The notes: generated by a model from the letters alone, not told the origin. A stretch of 64,000 nt of DNA from a virus (IMGVR_UViG_3300029928_000002:91302-155301), one strand, 5' to 3'. Positions 32,585 to 43,386 are shown, counted from the first letter of the stretch. Numbers and translations: made by a program.

Positions 32585-33180
32585 TATTTATCAATTTCCT
32601 CTTCAACATAATCATCTCCATAGTAAATTGATTCCACATCAATTTCTTTAATTGTAATATCTTTACCTTTAGATTTCCAATATTCTATAACAGCTTCTTT
32701 ATTAGATGTTGGAGAACATCCCAAAGAAATATAAAAATCTGCAGTAGTTAAATCATGACTTCCCCAATTATAATAGAAATCTTTATAATCTTCGATAACC
32801 TTTATAACTTTATCAGTAGGTTCTTCTCCGATTATTTTATATAGAGGATCTACTGGCCCATAATCTTTATGAGCAGGTTTTTCATCAGTAGCAGGAACAT
32901 ATATATGTTTTATACCTCCATTCTTAAAACAGTCTAAAAGGAGATTTACAGATTCTTCCCAAAAATTAAATAATCCATAACACTGTAAATAATGATTCTT
33001 TATAAATTTGAAATTCTTTTCAGATAAATAATGCTGCATATAAAGAGGATTGTCTTTATCTTCCTTATATTTAGGATCTTTTAATACCTTTTTAAAATCC
33101 AAAGATGGTTGAGCATACTTATACATTTCAGTAAGACATCTTTCTACACATTCGGATAAAATATCTTTTCTAGTCAACAT
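32584..33180 (-). CDS. Hypothetical protein
   Basis: ORF in operon. Confidence 0.7.
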   Translation of the reverse strand: MLTRKDILSECVERCLTEMYKYAQPSLDFKKVLKDPKYKEDKDNPLYMQHYLSEKNFKFIKNHYLQCYGLFNFWEESVNLLLDCFKNGGIKHIYVPATDEKPAHKDYGPVDPLYKIIGEEPTDKVIKVIEDYKDFYYNWGSHDLTTADFYISLGCSPTSNKEAVIEYWKSKGKDITIKEIDVESIYYGDDYVEEEIDK

Positions 33181-33186
33181 AATATA

Positions 33187-34698
33187 TTAAAGTTTAAATT
33201 CTCCATTTAAAATATTATCACCAGAGATTATACTATAACTACAACCTCTAGGATTAGAATTAAAGTTCATTTGACTATAATCACTATCACCAAACAAACT
33301 CAAACAATTCCTATAATCAAATTTAAGATTGCTGTCATAAGCTGCACTATGCAAATCTCCCTTAAGAATATGGATATTACCGGGTGCATATTTAGCAGTA
33401 ATCCCACTTCTATCCATATAATTATTTAGCCATACTATAGAATTGGGATTAAGATGTAAAGGAAGTGGTTTCTTCATAAATGTGCTGTCTTTGCCATGAC
33501 ATAGGACAAAACAGTGACCATTTACATCAAACCAATCAATAAATTTATCAAATACAAACATCTGAACATTTGGAATATTGCTAACAGCATTCTGTAAAGC
33601 TACTACTGCATAATATTCTGGTGCTCCAGTATGATTTCCATTAGGAACAGAATGAATCTTCAACTCATTACATCTAGTACTAAGCTGATTTATAAACCAA
33701 CTCATCTGCCTAAAGAATACATCAAACTGAGCATAATTATCCATACATTGAGGCATAATATGATCTCTTCTAGCAGTCTGATTATCCATTCCATCTAACA
33801 TATCTCCAAGCATATTCAAATAGATTTTATCTAAAGAAAAGTTAGATACTCTTTTAATAATTTCAGCTAGACGATTATGGATAGCTTCTTCTGTCCAATC
33901 ATTTTCATATAAAGAATGGCTCTCTACCTTAGCTCCAATATGAACATCTGAAAGATTTAAAATCATATCTATATCAGATTCTATAGGAGTATTAGGTATA
34001 TCTTCCAGACCAGTAATATTGATATTTACTTTAGAAATATAATTAATAAAGTTTTCATACTTCTTATTCTCTTCTACTAAAAGAAGATTAATTTTCTGAG
34101 CATCTTTTAATTGATTCTTCTCTAAAGTACGAGTAAGATTATTTCTCTTACGTTCGATAGCTATATTATGTAGCTCTTCTTCACTATGCTCATCAATATC
34201 ATGTGGAGCAAATGGACAAGTATACTTATAAATTAAGAAAGCATTCTTAATTCTATTCAACTCATCCAAAGAATATTCTGGGAAATCTAAAGAAGTCTGA
34301 GCAGTAGTTAAATCAGCACCATATCTGGAATAAAGACTACACAGTCTATCCATCTGTTCTCTAGATAAAGTGCCGATAAGAGGACCACCTACTTTACGTT
34401 TAATATTGAATTTATATCCTATAATAAGGCCATTCTCATCTCTTACCCATTCAGTATCCTGTGCGACATCATCGAAATCTACATCTGTATCGGAATTTGT
34501 ACTACCCTTTCTTTTCTTTACAGATTCATAAAGAACTCTAACTATATTATTGTCTTTAACAACTTTATTGATGGATTGACGCCAAGAGGCAATATCAATA
34601 TCGTTTTCCTTACAATAATCTATAAGAGTAGGAGTATCAGAAGTTTTTACATCAGTCAAGAATTTAATTACCTTATTAATAGTTGCTTGTCTTACCAT
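33187..34698 (-). CDS. Large metallophosphoesterase/nuclease
   Basis: SDVHIG, GDMLDG, GNH, HGKD and GDLH motifs. Confidence 0.85.
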   Translation of the reverse strand: MVRQATINKVIKFLTDVKTSDTPTLIDYCKENDIDIASWRQSINKVVKDNNIVRVLYESVKKRKGSTNSDTDVDFDDVAQDTEWVRDENGLIIGYKFNIKRKVGGPLIGTLSREQMDRLCSLYSRYGADLTTAQTSLDFPEYSLDELNRIKNAFLIYKYTCPFAPHDIDEHSEEELHNIAIERKRNNLTRTLEKNQLKDAQKINLLLVEENKKYENFINYISKVNINITGLEDIPNTPIESDIDMILNLSDVHIGAKVESHSLYENDWTEEAIHNRLAEIIKRVSNFSLDKIYLNMLGDMLDGMDNQTARRDHIMPQCMDNYAQFDVFFRQMSWFINQLSTRCNELKIHSVPNGNHTGAPEYYAVVALQNAVSNIPNVQMFVFDKFIDWFDVNGHCFVLCHGKDSTFMKKPLPLHLNPNSIVWLNNYMDRSGITAKYAPGNIHILKGDLHSAAYDSNLKFDYRNCLSLFGDSDYSQMNFNSNPRGCSYSIISGDNILNGEFKL

Positions 34699-34807
34699 TT
34701 ATTTATTGATTTTAATTTTTTATAGTGGTTATATCTATCTCTAGTTTTATTCCACATATTTTATATTATTACATGATCTATTTATTTTAAAATTATCTAA
34801 AATAAAA

Positions 34808-34840
34808 ATAGGGCAAGTAGTCTTAACTACCTGCCCTATT
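34808..34840 (-). terminator. Intrinsic terminator
   Basis: atagggca.gtag/ctac.tgccctat stem with A-tract. Confidence 0.75.
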
Positions 34841-34850
34841 CTGTTATTTA

Positions 34851-35504
34851 TTAAAGAGTTTCTGCATCTACTTGACCAAAGATAATATACTTACCTGTAG
34901 AAGCCTTCTTAGAAGGAGTATAAGTAAGCTCACCAAGAACTGGGTTAGTAATATAACCTGCAAGTCTCAATACAAGAGTATCCTTAACCTCGCCCTTACT
35001 CAAAATCTCCTTACCACGCTTAATTGCTTCAGCCTTAGTAATATGAACATCACTGTGCCAGATAACCTCACCAGTCCTCTTGTTCACAATCTCTACAACT
35101 GTAGTAGTCTTACGCTTACCTGCGTTCTTTACATTAACATACTCATAAGGACGCTTACGAGTAGACTCTACACCCGGATTAACAACAATCAGACAGCCAA
35201 GATTAGGAATATCCTTAGCCTTATCGTGAGCATAGGCCATCTGCCATTCCTGCAGCTCTGAAGGTGTTACCTGAGCTTCATCAATCAACATCTTCCTATA
35301 ATCAGAAGGAGTAGCCTTCTCAGCAGCATGCTGCTCCAACCATGCCTTACGATATTTTGTATCGAATCCCATCTTCTTCTCCAAGAACGTTGTATAAGCT
35401 GCTGTAGCATCAATAATCACACTATCAAATGGAGAATTCTTAATTGCCTCATCCTTAGAAGTACCAGAAACTACAACACTCTTAAAAATACTATTAGTAA
35501 CCAT
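34851..35504 (-). CDS. Hypothetical basic protein, probably highly expressed
   Basis: Stand-alone ORF with its own terminator; AAG/GAG-rich codon use. Confidence 0.75.
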   Translation of the reverse strand: MVTNSIFKSVVVSGTSKDEAIKNSPFDSVIIDATAAYTTFLEKKMGFDTKYRKAWLEQHAAEKATPSDYRKMLIDEAQVTPSELQEWQMAYAHDKAKDIPNLGCLIVVNPGVESTRKRPYEYVNVKNAGKRKTTTVVEIVNKRTGEVIWHSDVHITKAEAIKRGKEILSKGEVKDTLVLRLAGYITNPVLGELTYTPSKKASTGKYIIFGQVDAETL

Positions 35505-35657
35505 AATTTTAAAACTTATTTACATTAAACATTAAAATATTATCTATCAAATCATAATAAATTATTATCTATTCACTAATTGCGTTTGAATTAGTAAATC
35601 CAATATATACGGAAATATTATCTATCCAACAAAAATATTTGTTAAAATCTGTTAATT

Positions 35658-36008
35658 TTAAAAGGGAAGCATTTTATGTATAATTTCCCTAATTTTTGCC
35701 GGAACCTCTTTTATAGTTAACCCAAAGGTTACAAAATCATCACATCCATAAGCAAAGTCTTCAGCTACAATAGCTATACTTTTAATCTCTTTGTCTGACA
35801 GTCCTTTACTTTGGGCTAACTTATATACAACCTGATAATAAGTTACATCAGGTTTCTTTTTACGTAAAGTTGTTACCAACCAACCTATTAAATCTATTAA
35901 GGCTAATTTATCTTGCATACTAGATAAATAACCAGTAGAAAACCAGTCTTTATAAGTACTGGCCATTTGTTCATAGGTAGGTTCAGAAGCTCTCTCGAAA
36001 TCCCTCAT
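35658..36008 (-). CDS. Hypothetical protein
   Basis: ORF in operon. Confidence 0.7.
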   Translation of the reverse strand: MRDFERASEPTYEQMASTYKDWFSTGYLSSMQDKLALIDLIGWLVTTLRKKKPDVTYYQVVYKLAQSKGLSDKEIKSIAIVAEDFAYGCDDFVTFGLTIKEVPAKIREIIHKMLPF

Positions 36009-37023
36009 ATTCTGGCAATGTTGAATAAAATGCTGCTAATCTTAGTAAGTGGTTAAATTCATTAAAACCAGTTCTAAACAGAGTTGAAGTCATTGGATAA
36101 ACCTTAGTATTAAAATCTCCAAATGTCTCCACTACCAAGAAATTACTTTTAATAGCAGGTTTCTTTAACCCATAAAACTTCTCAGCACATAGACTTAATA
36201 GCCATGTATACATAGCCATTTCCCTATTATAGCTGAAATTAGATATAGCAGATTTAAAGAGATTTACATATTTACCTGTAGTTTTAATATCATTTACAGT
36301 AATCTCGTTAGCTAACTTGTCTATATTATAGTTATCTAATTTACTCTTTAATCTAAATCTAAATGGATCAAATCCGGGGCAAGTAACTTTTAAATCAAGT
36401 AATATAGCTTGCTCATTACCTACCATCTCTTTATCTATATCTTTAGGTCTGAGAAGTTCTTGTATTTTTGTATTACTGTTTAATGCATCTATACAAGAAT
36501 GTACTACTTCTCTAGATTTAGCATCTAGATAAATTGGAGTTCTAACAAGATCTCTTTTATTACTATGTTCAAAGATAGCCCTCTTTCTCCAATATTCAGA
36601 ACACTGAGACCTTAATTTATCGGCCTTCTTACTATTAAAGCTATTAGCATAATATCCTATCTTACCAGAAGCCTTCAAGATTTCATCATAGCTAGGCATT
36701 CTTCCATTATATCTATATAGCATATCTGCCATAGCACCCGCCTTAGCAGTAGGTTTATCTATAGAATCTACTATGTAGAAATATTCTGGCTGCAATACAC
36801 ATTCATGTACAGCACTTCCTCTATTTAGAGAATCACTATATTCATAATTTTGTTGTAATCCTTCAAAGAATTTATCTGGATTTTTAGGACTTTTCTTTAA
36901 TAAATTAAGTCTACTATTACTTATATAAGTGTTATACTTTTTAGAGAAATATTCTTCATCAGATATTTTTTCTAAGTGTAATGTATCTAATAGAGGTTCA
37001 AATTTTATTTCAGATAACTTCAT
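35983..37023 (-). CDS. PD-(D/E)xK exonuclease (RecE/DUF3799-like)
   Basis: ISNS.L, GSAVH..VL, KSKLD, DIKTT and Y.RE.A.Y motifs. Confidence 0.85.
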   Translation of the reverse strand: MKLSEIKFEPLLDTLHLEKISDEEYFSKKYNTYISNSRLNLLKKSPKNPDKFFEGLQQNYEYSDSLNRGSAVHECVLQPEYFYIVDSIDKPTAKAGAMADMLYRYNGRMPSYDEILKASGKIGYYANSFNSKKADKLRSQCSEYWRKRAIFEHSNKRDLVRTPIYLDAKSREVVHSCIDALNSNTKIQELLRPKDIDKEMVGNEQAILLDLKVTCPGFDPFRFRLKSKLDNYNIDKLANEITVNDIKTTGKYVNLFKSAISNFSYNREMAMYTWLLSLCAEKFYGLKKPAIKSNFLVVETFGDFNTKVYPMTSTLFRTGFNEFNHLLRLAAFYSTLPEYEGFRESF

Positions 37024-37510
37024 TATATAAATTCATAATTTCATTTATATCTAAATTATTTATTCTTAATTTTGTATCATAGTTCTGATTGCTTTTAGAA
37101 GTAATAAGAAAACATAAAACTCCTTTATCGTTTAAATCTTCAAAGTTCCAAGTACTATCGTCTATAAATAGATTTACTTTATTCTTTAAAGTATTAAACT
37201 TACTTGTTCCCCAACCTCCAGAAATTTGATATAATTTAGCATCTGGAAGATTATTGCGTTTTAGAAATTGTTTAGTCCAATTATGTGGATTAACTCTAAC
37301 ACTACAATAACAAGTTGGAGTAAAATTAGGACGATGTATTACATTTAATCCTAACCAAAATGCTTTCTCTTTAATAAGAATATTATTGACATTTCTAGAA
37401 ATTCCCCAATCATTATTTGGGAATCTTCCAAATCTTTTTAAATATCCTTCATCAAAATCAACAATACAATTATCTATATCCAATCCTATTTTAGGTATAT
37501 TCATTATCAA
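37010..37510 (-). CDS. HAD-family nucleotidase-like protein
   Basis: GLDIDNCIVD and FIDD motifs. Confidence 0.8.
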   Translation of the reverse strand: MIMNIPKIGLDIDNCIVDFDEGYLKRFGRFPNNDWGISRNVNNILIKEKAFWLGLNVIHRPNFTPTCYCSVRVNPHNWTKQFLKRNNLPDAKLYQISGGWGTSKFNTLKNKVNLFIDDSTWNFEDLNDKGVLCFLITSKSNQNYDTKLRINNLDINEIMNLYNEVI

Positions 37511-37751
37511 TCTCTTCTATATCTGAAATATTTAAACCATCTAAATCAAATACTTTATCACAATCTGTTATCCAATTCTTCATATCACTATTACAAAGAA
37601 TTTTACAGGATTCTTCACTTAAATCATTATATTTATCGATTATCTTCTGTGCTGCTACAAAATAGGCATCACTAAAATCGTCAGCTGAAAACTGTATTAC
37701 AGACTTAGGAGAATCTTCTGTATAATCTGCATAAACCTTATATAGATTCAT
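37491..37751 (-). CDS. Hypothetical protein
   Basis: ORF in operon. Confidence 0.6.
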   Translation of the reverse strand: MNLYKVYADYTEDSPKSVIQFSADDFSDAYFVAAQKIIDKYNDLSEESCKILCNSDMKNWITDCDKVFDLDGLNISDIEEIDNEYT

Positions 37752-38344
37752 AAAATATTATTATATTTTGTGTAAGCATCTAGTAATTCATAAAAGAACT
37801 CTGCAGGAACTAACATTAAGTTTTTCTCTATAGGAATATTTAAATCTTTATTCTTCCTTACTTTAAAATAATCATCTGGTTGAGAACAATGCCATGCTAC
37901 AATAAAAGGAGTTTTTGCATCATCACATCCCTGTCTAATAGTATTATAGTCAGGACATGATTTATATGCTTTACATTGTATATTAATTGGTAATTTATGA
38001 TCTAAGTCTACTATATCAATATTATTGTTATCGGCATTCTTAGATTCACCCCTAGATGTAGTAGCACCTCTATACCCCATTTTCTTTAAAGCATTTCTAA
38101 CATTATATTCCCAATTACTTCCTTTAGATTTGGAAGATTTAGCTCTATAATATCTTATAGTATGGTCATCTAACCACTCGCATAAGATATTATCTTTAGG
38201 AATAATTCTGCTTGCAGAAGAATATTTATTAGCTCTCATCTTTAAAGCTAAAGCAGATAAAACTTTAATTCTAGGATTAGTTCTAGACATTTTTAAGATA
38301 GCTTCTTCAGCTTCTTCTATAGAACTAAATTCCATAGGATTCAT
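37748..38344 (-). CDS. Holliday junction resolvase-like nuclease; start possibly 38404 via TAG readthrough
   Basis: SKSKGSNWE...D.IDI...NIQCK; N-terminal FSSIEEA (NUMOD1-like). Confidence 0.75.
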   Translation of the reverse strand: MNPMEFSSIEEAEEAILKMSRTNPRIKVLSALALKMRANKYSSASRIIPKDNILCEWLDDHTIRYYRAKSSKSKGSNWEYNVRNALKKMGYRGATTSRGESKNADNNNIDIVDLDHKLPINIQCKAYKSCPDYNTIRQGCDDAKTPFIVAWHCSQPDDYFKVRKNKDLNIPIEKNLMLVPAEFFYELLDAYTKYNNIL

Positions 38345-38373
38345 TCCTGGATAAGTAATTCTTATTGAAGTAT

Positions 38374-39390
38374 CTAACAGCTATGTGAACTTTTTTCTAC
38401 CCATTTATTTTTAAAATATTTAAGCACTTCTTTTATATAATCTGTCATTTTCTGTTTTCCAAATTTTTTATAAGTATCGGTAAAATCTTTTGCATATCCT
38501 TTAGGAATACAGAAATAATCTAATTCTGGATGTAATCTTCTTAATTTGGCCATATTTGCCATACCTGCCCTATCATTATCATAGAGTACTATGATATGTT
38601 TAAATCGTTGCTTCAATTGTTCTAGAACACTATCACTAACAAATTGTGTTTCAGAATTTGGAGCACAAGCAGTTATTTTAAATTCATACATAGCCATTAC
38701 ATCCTTCATAGATTTAGTAATTACTAATAAATCACCATATTTAGGTAATTCATCAAATCCCTGTATTTTCTTAGATGGCCAATTAGTTAAGAATCTATAT
38801 TCTCTACGTTGGGAATAATAAATTCTCCACAATTCATATCCATTTCTCTTTCCTCCATAATATCCAAAAGTTAACTTACTTCCTGTTGTAAATAGGTTAT
38901 CATTCAAGAAAACATTTTCACAAGAATATACATGAAACTTTTTTAATGTCTTATATGTAATACCAAAACTCTTCCACCACTTTAATTCGGATTCTGTAAA
39001 ATCTTTAATCTTAACTCCAATTTTAGCAGGGCCTTTATCTTCAAATTTAGGAACAGATTTAATATACTTATGATAGGTTACATTACTTTCAACAATATGA
39101 AAATCTTTAGCAATCTGTTTTATTGCTTGATGATAAGTTATATGATAAAGCTCCTGAACAACTCCTATAAAATTAAGATGTTGTCCAGTAGCAAAATCAT
39201 GAAATATCAACTCTCCATGTTTGTTGCGGTAAAACCCACAAGTAGGATTATTATCTTTTCGTAATGGAGACCTAAATATTTTCTTATCTACAGGATGCTG
39301 TAGATAATAAGACATATATTGTTCTTCTGTATACTTAGAAAGTAAATAAGATTTAGTTAGAGAAATGGAAGGACTGTATGTGAATTTCAT
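38374..39390 (-). CDS. DNA primase (TOPRIM)
   Basis: SPLRKDNNPT, FHDF, KSMKD, YDND.AG and KDFTD motifs. Confidence 0.88.
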   Translation of the reverse strand: MKFTYSPSISLTKSYLLSKYTEEQYMSYYLQHPVDKKIFRSPLRKDNNPTCGFYRNKHGELIFHDFATGQHLNFIGVVQELYHITYHQAIKQIAKDFHIVESNVTYHKYIKSVPKFEDKGPAKIGVKIKDFTESELKWWKSFGITYKTLKKFHVYSCENVFLNDNLFTTGSKLTFGYYGGKRNGYELWRIYYSQRREYRFLTNWPSKKIQGFDELPKYGDLLVITKSMKDVMAMYEFKITACAPNSETQFVSDSVLEQLKQRFKHIIVLYDNDRAGMANMAKLRRLHPELDYFCIPKGYAKDFTDTYKKFGKQKMTDYIKEVLKYFKNKWVEKSSHSC

Positions 39391-39418
39391 TTACTCTAAC
39401 TAAATCTTATCTATCTAT

Positions 39419-40138
39419 TTAGAGATCCATATCATCCAACTCACCTGTTAGATCATCAATATCATCCTTCTGAGTCTCTGCTGTATTATCAATCTTATCC
39501 ATATTAGTTGGCTTAGAAGCTGTAGTAGCTTTAGCCTGCTGACTCTCATAATCAGATAGTGTCAGATTTGGACCAAGGAATCTTTCCATCCAAGCAGAAT
39601 CATCTTTAGACGAAATTCTAGCATTTGGAAGAGCTGCATAAACTCTATCATTTCTCTTTCTACCTTGCAATTTAAGCATAATAGGATAATCCTCTGTAGG
39701 CTTCTTTGGATTCTCCAAATATTTCTTCAAGACAGAAATAAACTTACTGAATTCTATATTGTTAAACTTACCACTCTCAGCAAGGCTCTGGAACTTTGCC
39801 TTATTAGCATCGTTCATATATACAGAGATAACTTGTTGGAAGATAAGATTGAGTCTTTCAATGTCAGAGGGAAGTTTAATAGTACCTCCATTGCTTGCAG
39901 CAATCTCAGTTCTCTCAGAAGCTTTGGCATCTGTAGGCTCAAAGATGGATTCAGAATATATCCCCTCTTTACACCTAAATGTCATATCCCATCTTCTCCA
40001 CTTACGGCCAGAAGAACTTGTACCCTCTGTGGGATCAGAAATTCCATCAAACTCTACATTATTATAAATAGACCATGCCTTAAGAAAACTCTGTGTTGAA
40101 ACTGGTTTAGCGGTTGTACCAAAATTAAATCCTGTCAT
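39419..40138 (-). CDS. Putative single-stranded DNA-binding protein
   Basis: Position in the replication cluster, acidic C-terminal tail. Confidence 0.55.
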   Translation of the reverse strand: MTGFNFGTTAKPVSTQSFLKAWSIYNNVEFDGISDPTEGTSSSGRKWRRWDMTFRCKEGIYSESIFEPTDAKASERTEIAASNGGTIKLPSDIERLNLIFQQVISVYMNDANKAKFQSLAESGKFNNIEFSKFISVLKKYLENPKKPTEDYPIMLKLQGRKRNDRVYAALPNARISSKDDSAWMERFLGPNLTLSDYESQQAKATTASKPTNMDKIDNTAETQKDDIDDLTGELDDMDL

Positions 40139-40169
40139 AATTGTTTATATGTTTAAAAAGTTAAAAATA

Positions 40170-40820
40170 TTAAAGAGTGAAATCACTAGAATCGAAATCC
40201 TTGTCATTATCGAGTAGAGAATCTATATTATTCATATCCTCTGCCTCAGGTTCAGGCTGCTCTACTACTTTATCAGGAGCAGTCTTAGTTACAGACTTGT
40301 AGGCTTTTTTATCGCTCTTTACAGATTCGAGAACTGGAGATCCTTCAAAAGCCTTACCGTCCTGTGTAAGAATAAATAGATTCTCTGTATTAGGATGTTT
40401 AGCTAATATAAATTCTGTTCCAAATTCCATTAGATGGTCATGCTTACTTCCAGAGAACCTAACAGTACCAGACTTAGTTATCCTATTACCACCTTTCACA
40501 TCACCATAAGCCTCTGGCTTACCGATGAGAGGATATTCAAGATTATCAACCTTTTGATACCGGATGTCTAGCCTATCTTCGCTGCCTGGTTCTACACCAA
40601 GCATCTCCAATGCTCCCGAAGTAAGAACATACTTAGAATCCTCCAATATCAGTCGGGGAGTAGAATCTTCTACCAACTTGGCTTTACTTGAAGAACTGCG
40701 CTTAGGTTTAGCTGCAACAGCTGCTGCAAGCACTTCCAATGCATTAATCTCTTTAGTAGTTACTTCACCTGTGGCCTCATCGACCAATTCCAATTTCAAA
40801 ATTGCACTTTGCAAATTCAT
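40170..40820 (-). CDS. Hypothetical replication-cluster protein
   Basis: ORF with acidic tail. Confidence 0.7.
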   Translation of the reverse strand: MNLQSAILKLELVDEATGEVTTKEINALEVLAAAVAAKPKRSSSSKAKLVEDSTPRLILEDSKYVLTSGALEMLGVEPGSEDRLDIRYQKVDNLEYPLIGKPEAYGDVKGGNRITKSGTVRFSGSKHDHLMEFGTEFILAKHPNTENLFILTQDGKAFEGSPVLESVKSDKKAYKSVTKTAPDKVVEQPEPEAEDMNNIDSLLDNDKDFDSSDFTL

Positions 40821-40838
40821 TGTAAAAAATTTTTAAAA

Positions 40839-41534
40839 TTATTCATTATATGCCTTGATAGTATCAATGACATATTTTAAATCATTATCAATAAGAGTAT
40901 CCTTAAACATTCCCATAGGAGTTTTGGCGGTACACGTTCCGTCGGAATTAGTTATAAACTTATATTGAATTGTTCCAGAAGCATCATCTTTAAATACTTT
41001 AGTAAATAAAACATAAGTAAATAACCCTTCAAGAGTGATAGTAGAATCAAGGAGCTTGCCTAAAGTTTTAATCTTATAATAAGGATTTAGGTTATCTCCC
41101 GTATTCTCACTATGCGTTAAAATACATACATATAGATCATCCCTAAGATTCATAGCTGCTTTCAACACCTCATAAGCATGCTTAGCGATGTCCGTGAACT
41201 TACTATAGCCTTTTTCATCTACTCTTGCCATAGATTCGAATGCTTGAATATACTGATAATCGTCAATAATAACAGTAGTTATCTCAGGTCTACCACTATT
41301 AATTATATTAAGCACTTTAGCAATGTTATCAACATTGGAAGTTACATAAAAATTACCAGAAGTTTTCTTCGCAACCTTATCTATAGTAAAATCTGGATAC
41401 TTTTTCTTAGCACCCCTCATTCCAGGCCTTTTACCAGTAGTACTGATAATAAAAGTCTTTTGAGGATCCAGATTTCTAATTGATGAGGTTTTTCCACTAC
41501 CACTATCTCCTACAATAGCTATAAGTTCTGCCAT
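40839..41534 (-). CDS. AAA_24/Sak4-like ATPase
   Basis: GDSGSGKT, IIDD, LTH and AKTP.G motifs. Confidence 0.85.
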   Translation of the reverse strand: MAELIAIVGDSGSGKTSSIRNLDPQKTFIISTTGKRPGMRGAKKKYPDFTIDKVAKKTSGNFYVTSNVDNIAKVLNIINSGRPEITTVIIDDYQYIQAFESMARVDEKGYSKFTDIAKHAYEVLKAAMNLRDDLYVCILTHSENTGDNLNPYYKIKTLGKLLDSTITLEGLFTYVLFTKVFKDDASGTIQYKFITNSDGTCTAKTPMGMFKDTLIDNDLKYVIDTIKAYNE

Positions 41535-42643
41535 TATAATGTCATTTTAAATGTTTGTTTACTATTATCTTCAATATCTTTTTCTTCATTTGTATTATCT
41601 TCTTTCTTTATATTATCTGTATTGATCCAATACGGATCTTGATACTTAGTATAATCATAGATGTTATCTGGAAGAGGAAGCTCTTTCCACATATTTATCT
41701 TACCGTAGAAGGAAGTGCCTATCTCTACGTCAGAATCACCATATCTATCTTTAATAACTCCAATTATTCTAAAATTCTTACCTAATTGAGATACATCATA
41801 TCCTCTATAAGAATTCAACTTATCCCTAAAAGGATTGTAAATAGTAATAACATTCTCAGCTGCTTCAGAAGGACCCGCACTATCTTTTAAATCAGATAGG
41901 CTGAAAGAGGTAAGACCTTGTTTTCTTCTTTCCACATTAGAATGCTCTCTATTTACTTGCTGAATAACTATTGGAGATATTCCACAAATATTTCTTAAAG
42001 TAAGTAAATATTTAGAAGTAATATCAATCTCCTGTTTTAATGTATTACCAGAAGATGGTACTAAAAGACCGATATGATCTATGATTACAGTATATATAAG
42101 ATCAGGATTAGATGGAATATATTTTACATGATTATCTTCTTCCTCAAAAGTACCTATAGAAGCTAAGTCTGTTCTTAGTAATTTATAAACTACTTTCGCA
42201 TTAGTAGATTTATCATATATTTTAATATGATTCTCTACTTTTCTTAGCCAATCCATACTGTCTTGAACTATAGCATAATTCTCGTCAGATAGTGTGTAAT
42301 CCCTTTTTCTGGATAATAGTTCTTTCATACCTAATTCTACTCCATATGTTTCAAATATATAGGTAGACAATAATTTAGCCAATACCATATCGGCAGACAT
42401 CTCTAACGAAAATAGAAATATTCTATAATTATCATCATCTATATGTTCCATCAATGGACGATAGATATAAGCATATTCAGTTAGTGAAGTTTTTCCAGTT
42501 CCTGAATCTGAACATACTACAGTAAAAGTCTGTTTAGTTACACCATCTATTATACTTTCAAGTTTAGGTAATCCCATAGAATATCCCTGATTCTTACCTA
42601 ATCTTCCTTCATCTATTTTTTCTAATAAAGATTCAACAATCAT
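41534..42643 (-). CDS. DnaB-like replicative helicase
   Basis: SGTGKT, SLEM, IDHIGL, QQVNR, DLKDS and KDRYG motifs. Confidence 0.9.
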   Translation of the reverse strand: MIVESLLEKIDEGRLGKNQGYSMGLPKLESIIDGVTKQTFTVVCSDSGTGKTSLTEYAYIYRPLMEHIDDDNYRIFLFSLEMSADMVLAKLLSTYIFETYGVELGMKELLSRKRDYTLSDENYAIVQDSMDWLRKVENHIKIYDKSTNAKVVYKLLRTDLASIGTFEEEDNHVKYIPSNPDLIYTVIIDHIGLLVPSSGNTLKQEIDITSKYLLTLRNICGISPIVIQQVNREHSNVERRKQGLTSFSLSDLKDSAGPSEAAENVITIYNPFRDKLNSYRGYDVSQLGKNFRIIGVIKDRYGDSDVEIGTSFYGKINMWKELPLPDNIYDYTKYQDPYWINTDNIKKEDNTNEEKDIEDNSKQTFKMTL

Positions 42644-43248
42644 AGCAATGTGATTGCATTCATATTATAATTAGTCACTTTTCCATCTTTAATTGCTTTT
42701 AAATCTAACCATGCTCTATTAATAATAAAACTAGCAAAACTCTGATTTAATATTTCATTTTCCTTAGCCCATTTTACAAGCTCAATGATTTCTTTATGTA
42801 TGTTGTCTTTATAATGAATAGTCTTAGCATATACTCTATAGGCATCTTCCAAACTGTTAAATTTAGAAGCAATACCTCTTAGAGATACAATCTTTCCATT
42901 AATATTTCCAAATTGGGGATAAACATCAAATAACTCAGTTCCCATCTCAAAAGAACTTCTATAATAATCTTTTAGAAAATTCTGATTGAATGGAATTTCA
43001 TTAAGATCCATAGAGTCTCCTTTAGCTGGAATTTTGAATGAGGAGAGAATTAGGTGTTTATTTTGTAAAGACAATAAAATACTTCTGAAATCTCCTCGAA
43101 CCTCCTCTTTTAATTTTAAATAATTCTGGAGATATTTATTTTCACCTTCTCGAAGATAAAGAAGACATTTTACAACATAAAGTTCATTTGGATTTAATTT
43201 ATATTTATTGAGTATTGCAGATTCGTTATCAATGTTTAACTCACCCAT
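42640..43248 (-). CDS. Hypothetical replication-associated protein
   Basis: Coupled to the helicase gene; ELFDVYP segment. Confidence 0.65.
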   Translation of the reverse strand: MGELNIDNESAILNKYKLNPNELYVVKCLLYLREGENKYLQNYLKLKEEVRGDFRSILLSLQNKHLILSSFKIPAKGDSMDLNEIPFNQNFLKDYYRSSFEMGTELFDVYPQFGNINGKIVSLRGIASKFNSLEDAYRVYAKTIHYKDNIHKEIIELVKWAKENEILNQSFASFIINRAWLDLKAIKDGKVTNYNMNAITLL

Positions 43249-43386
43249 TGAAGAAATTAATTATCAAGTATAATACTTAATAATCTTCAATGTAAACTAT
43301 AGCTTATTTCCTACATCCAATTGTAGGAAAGGATTTTATATTTTACAACTTAATTTATTCTCTATCCCTAGAGTTCAGTCATAAAT

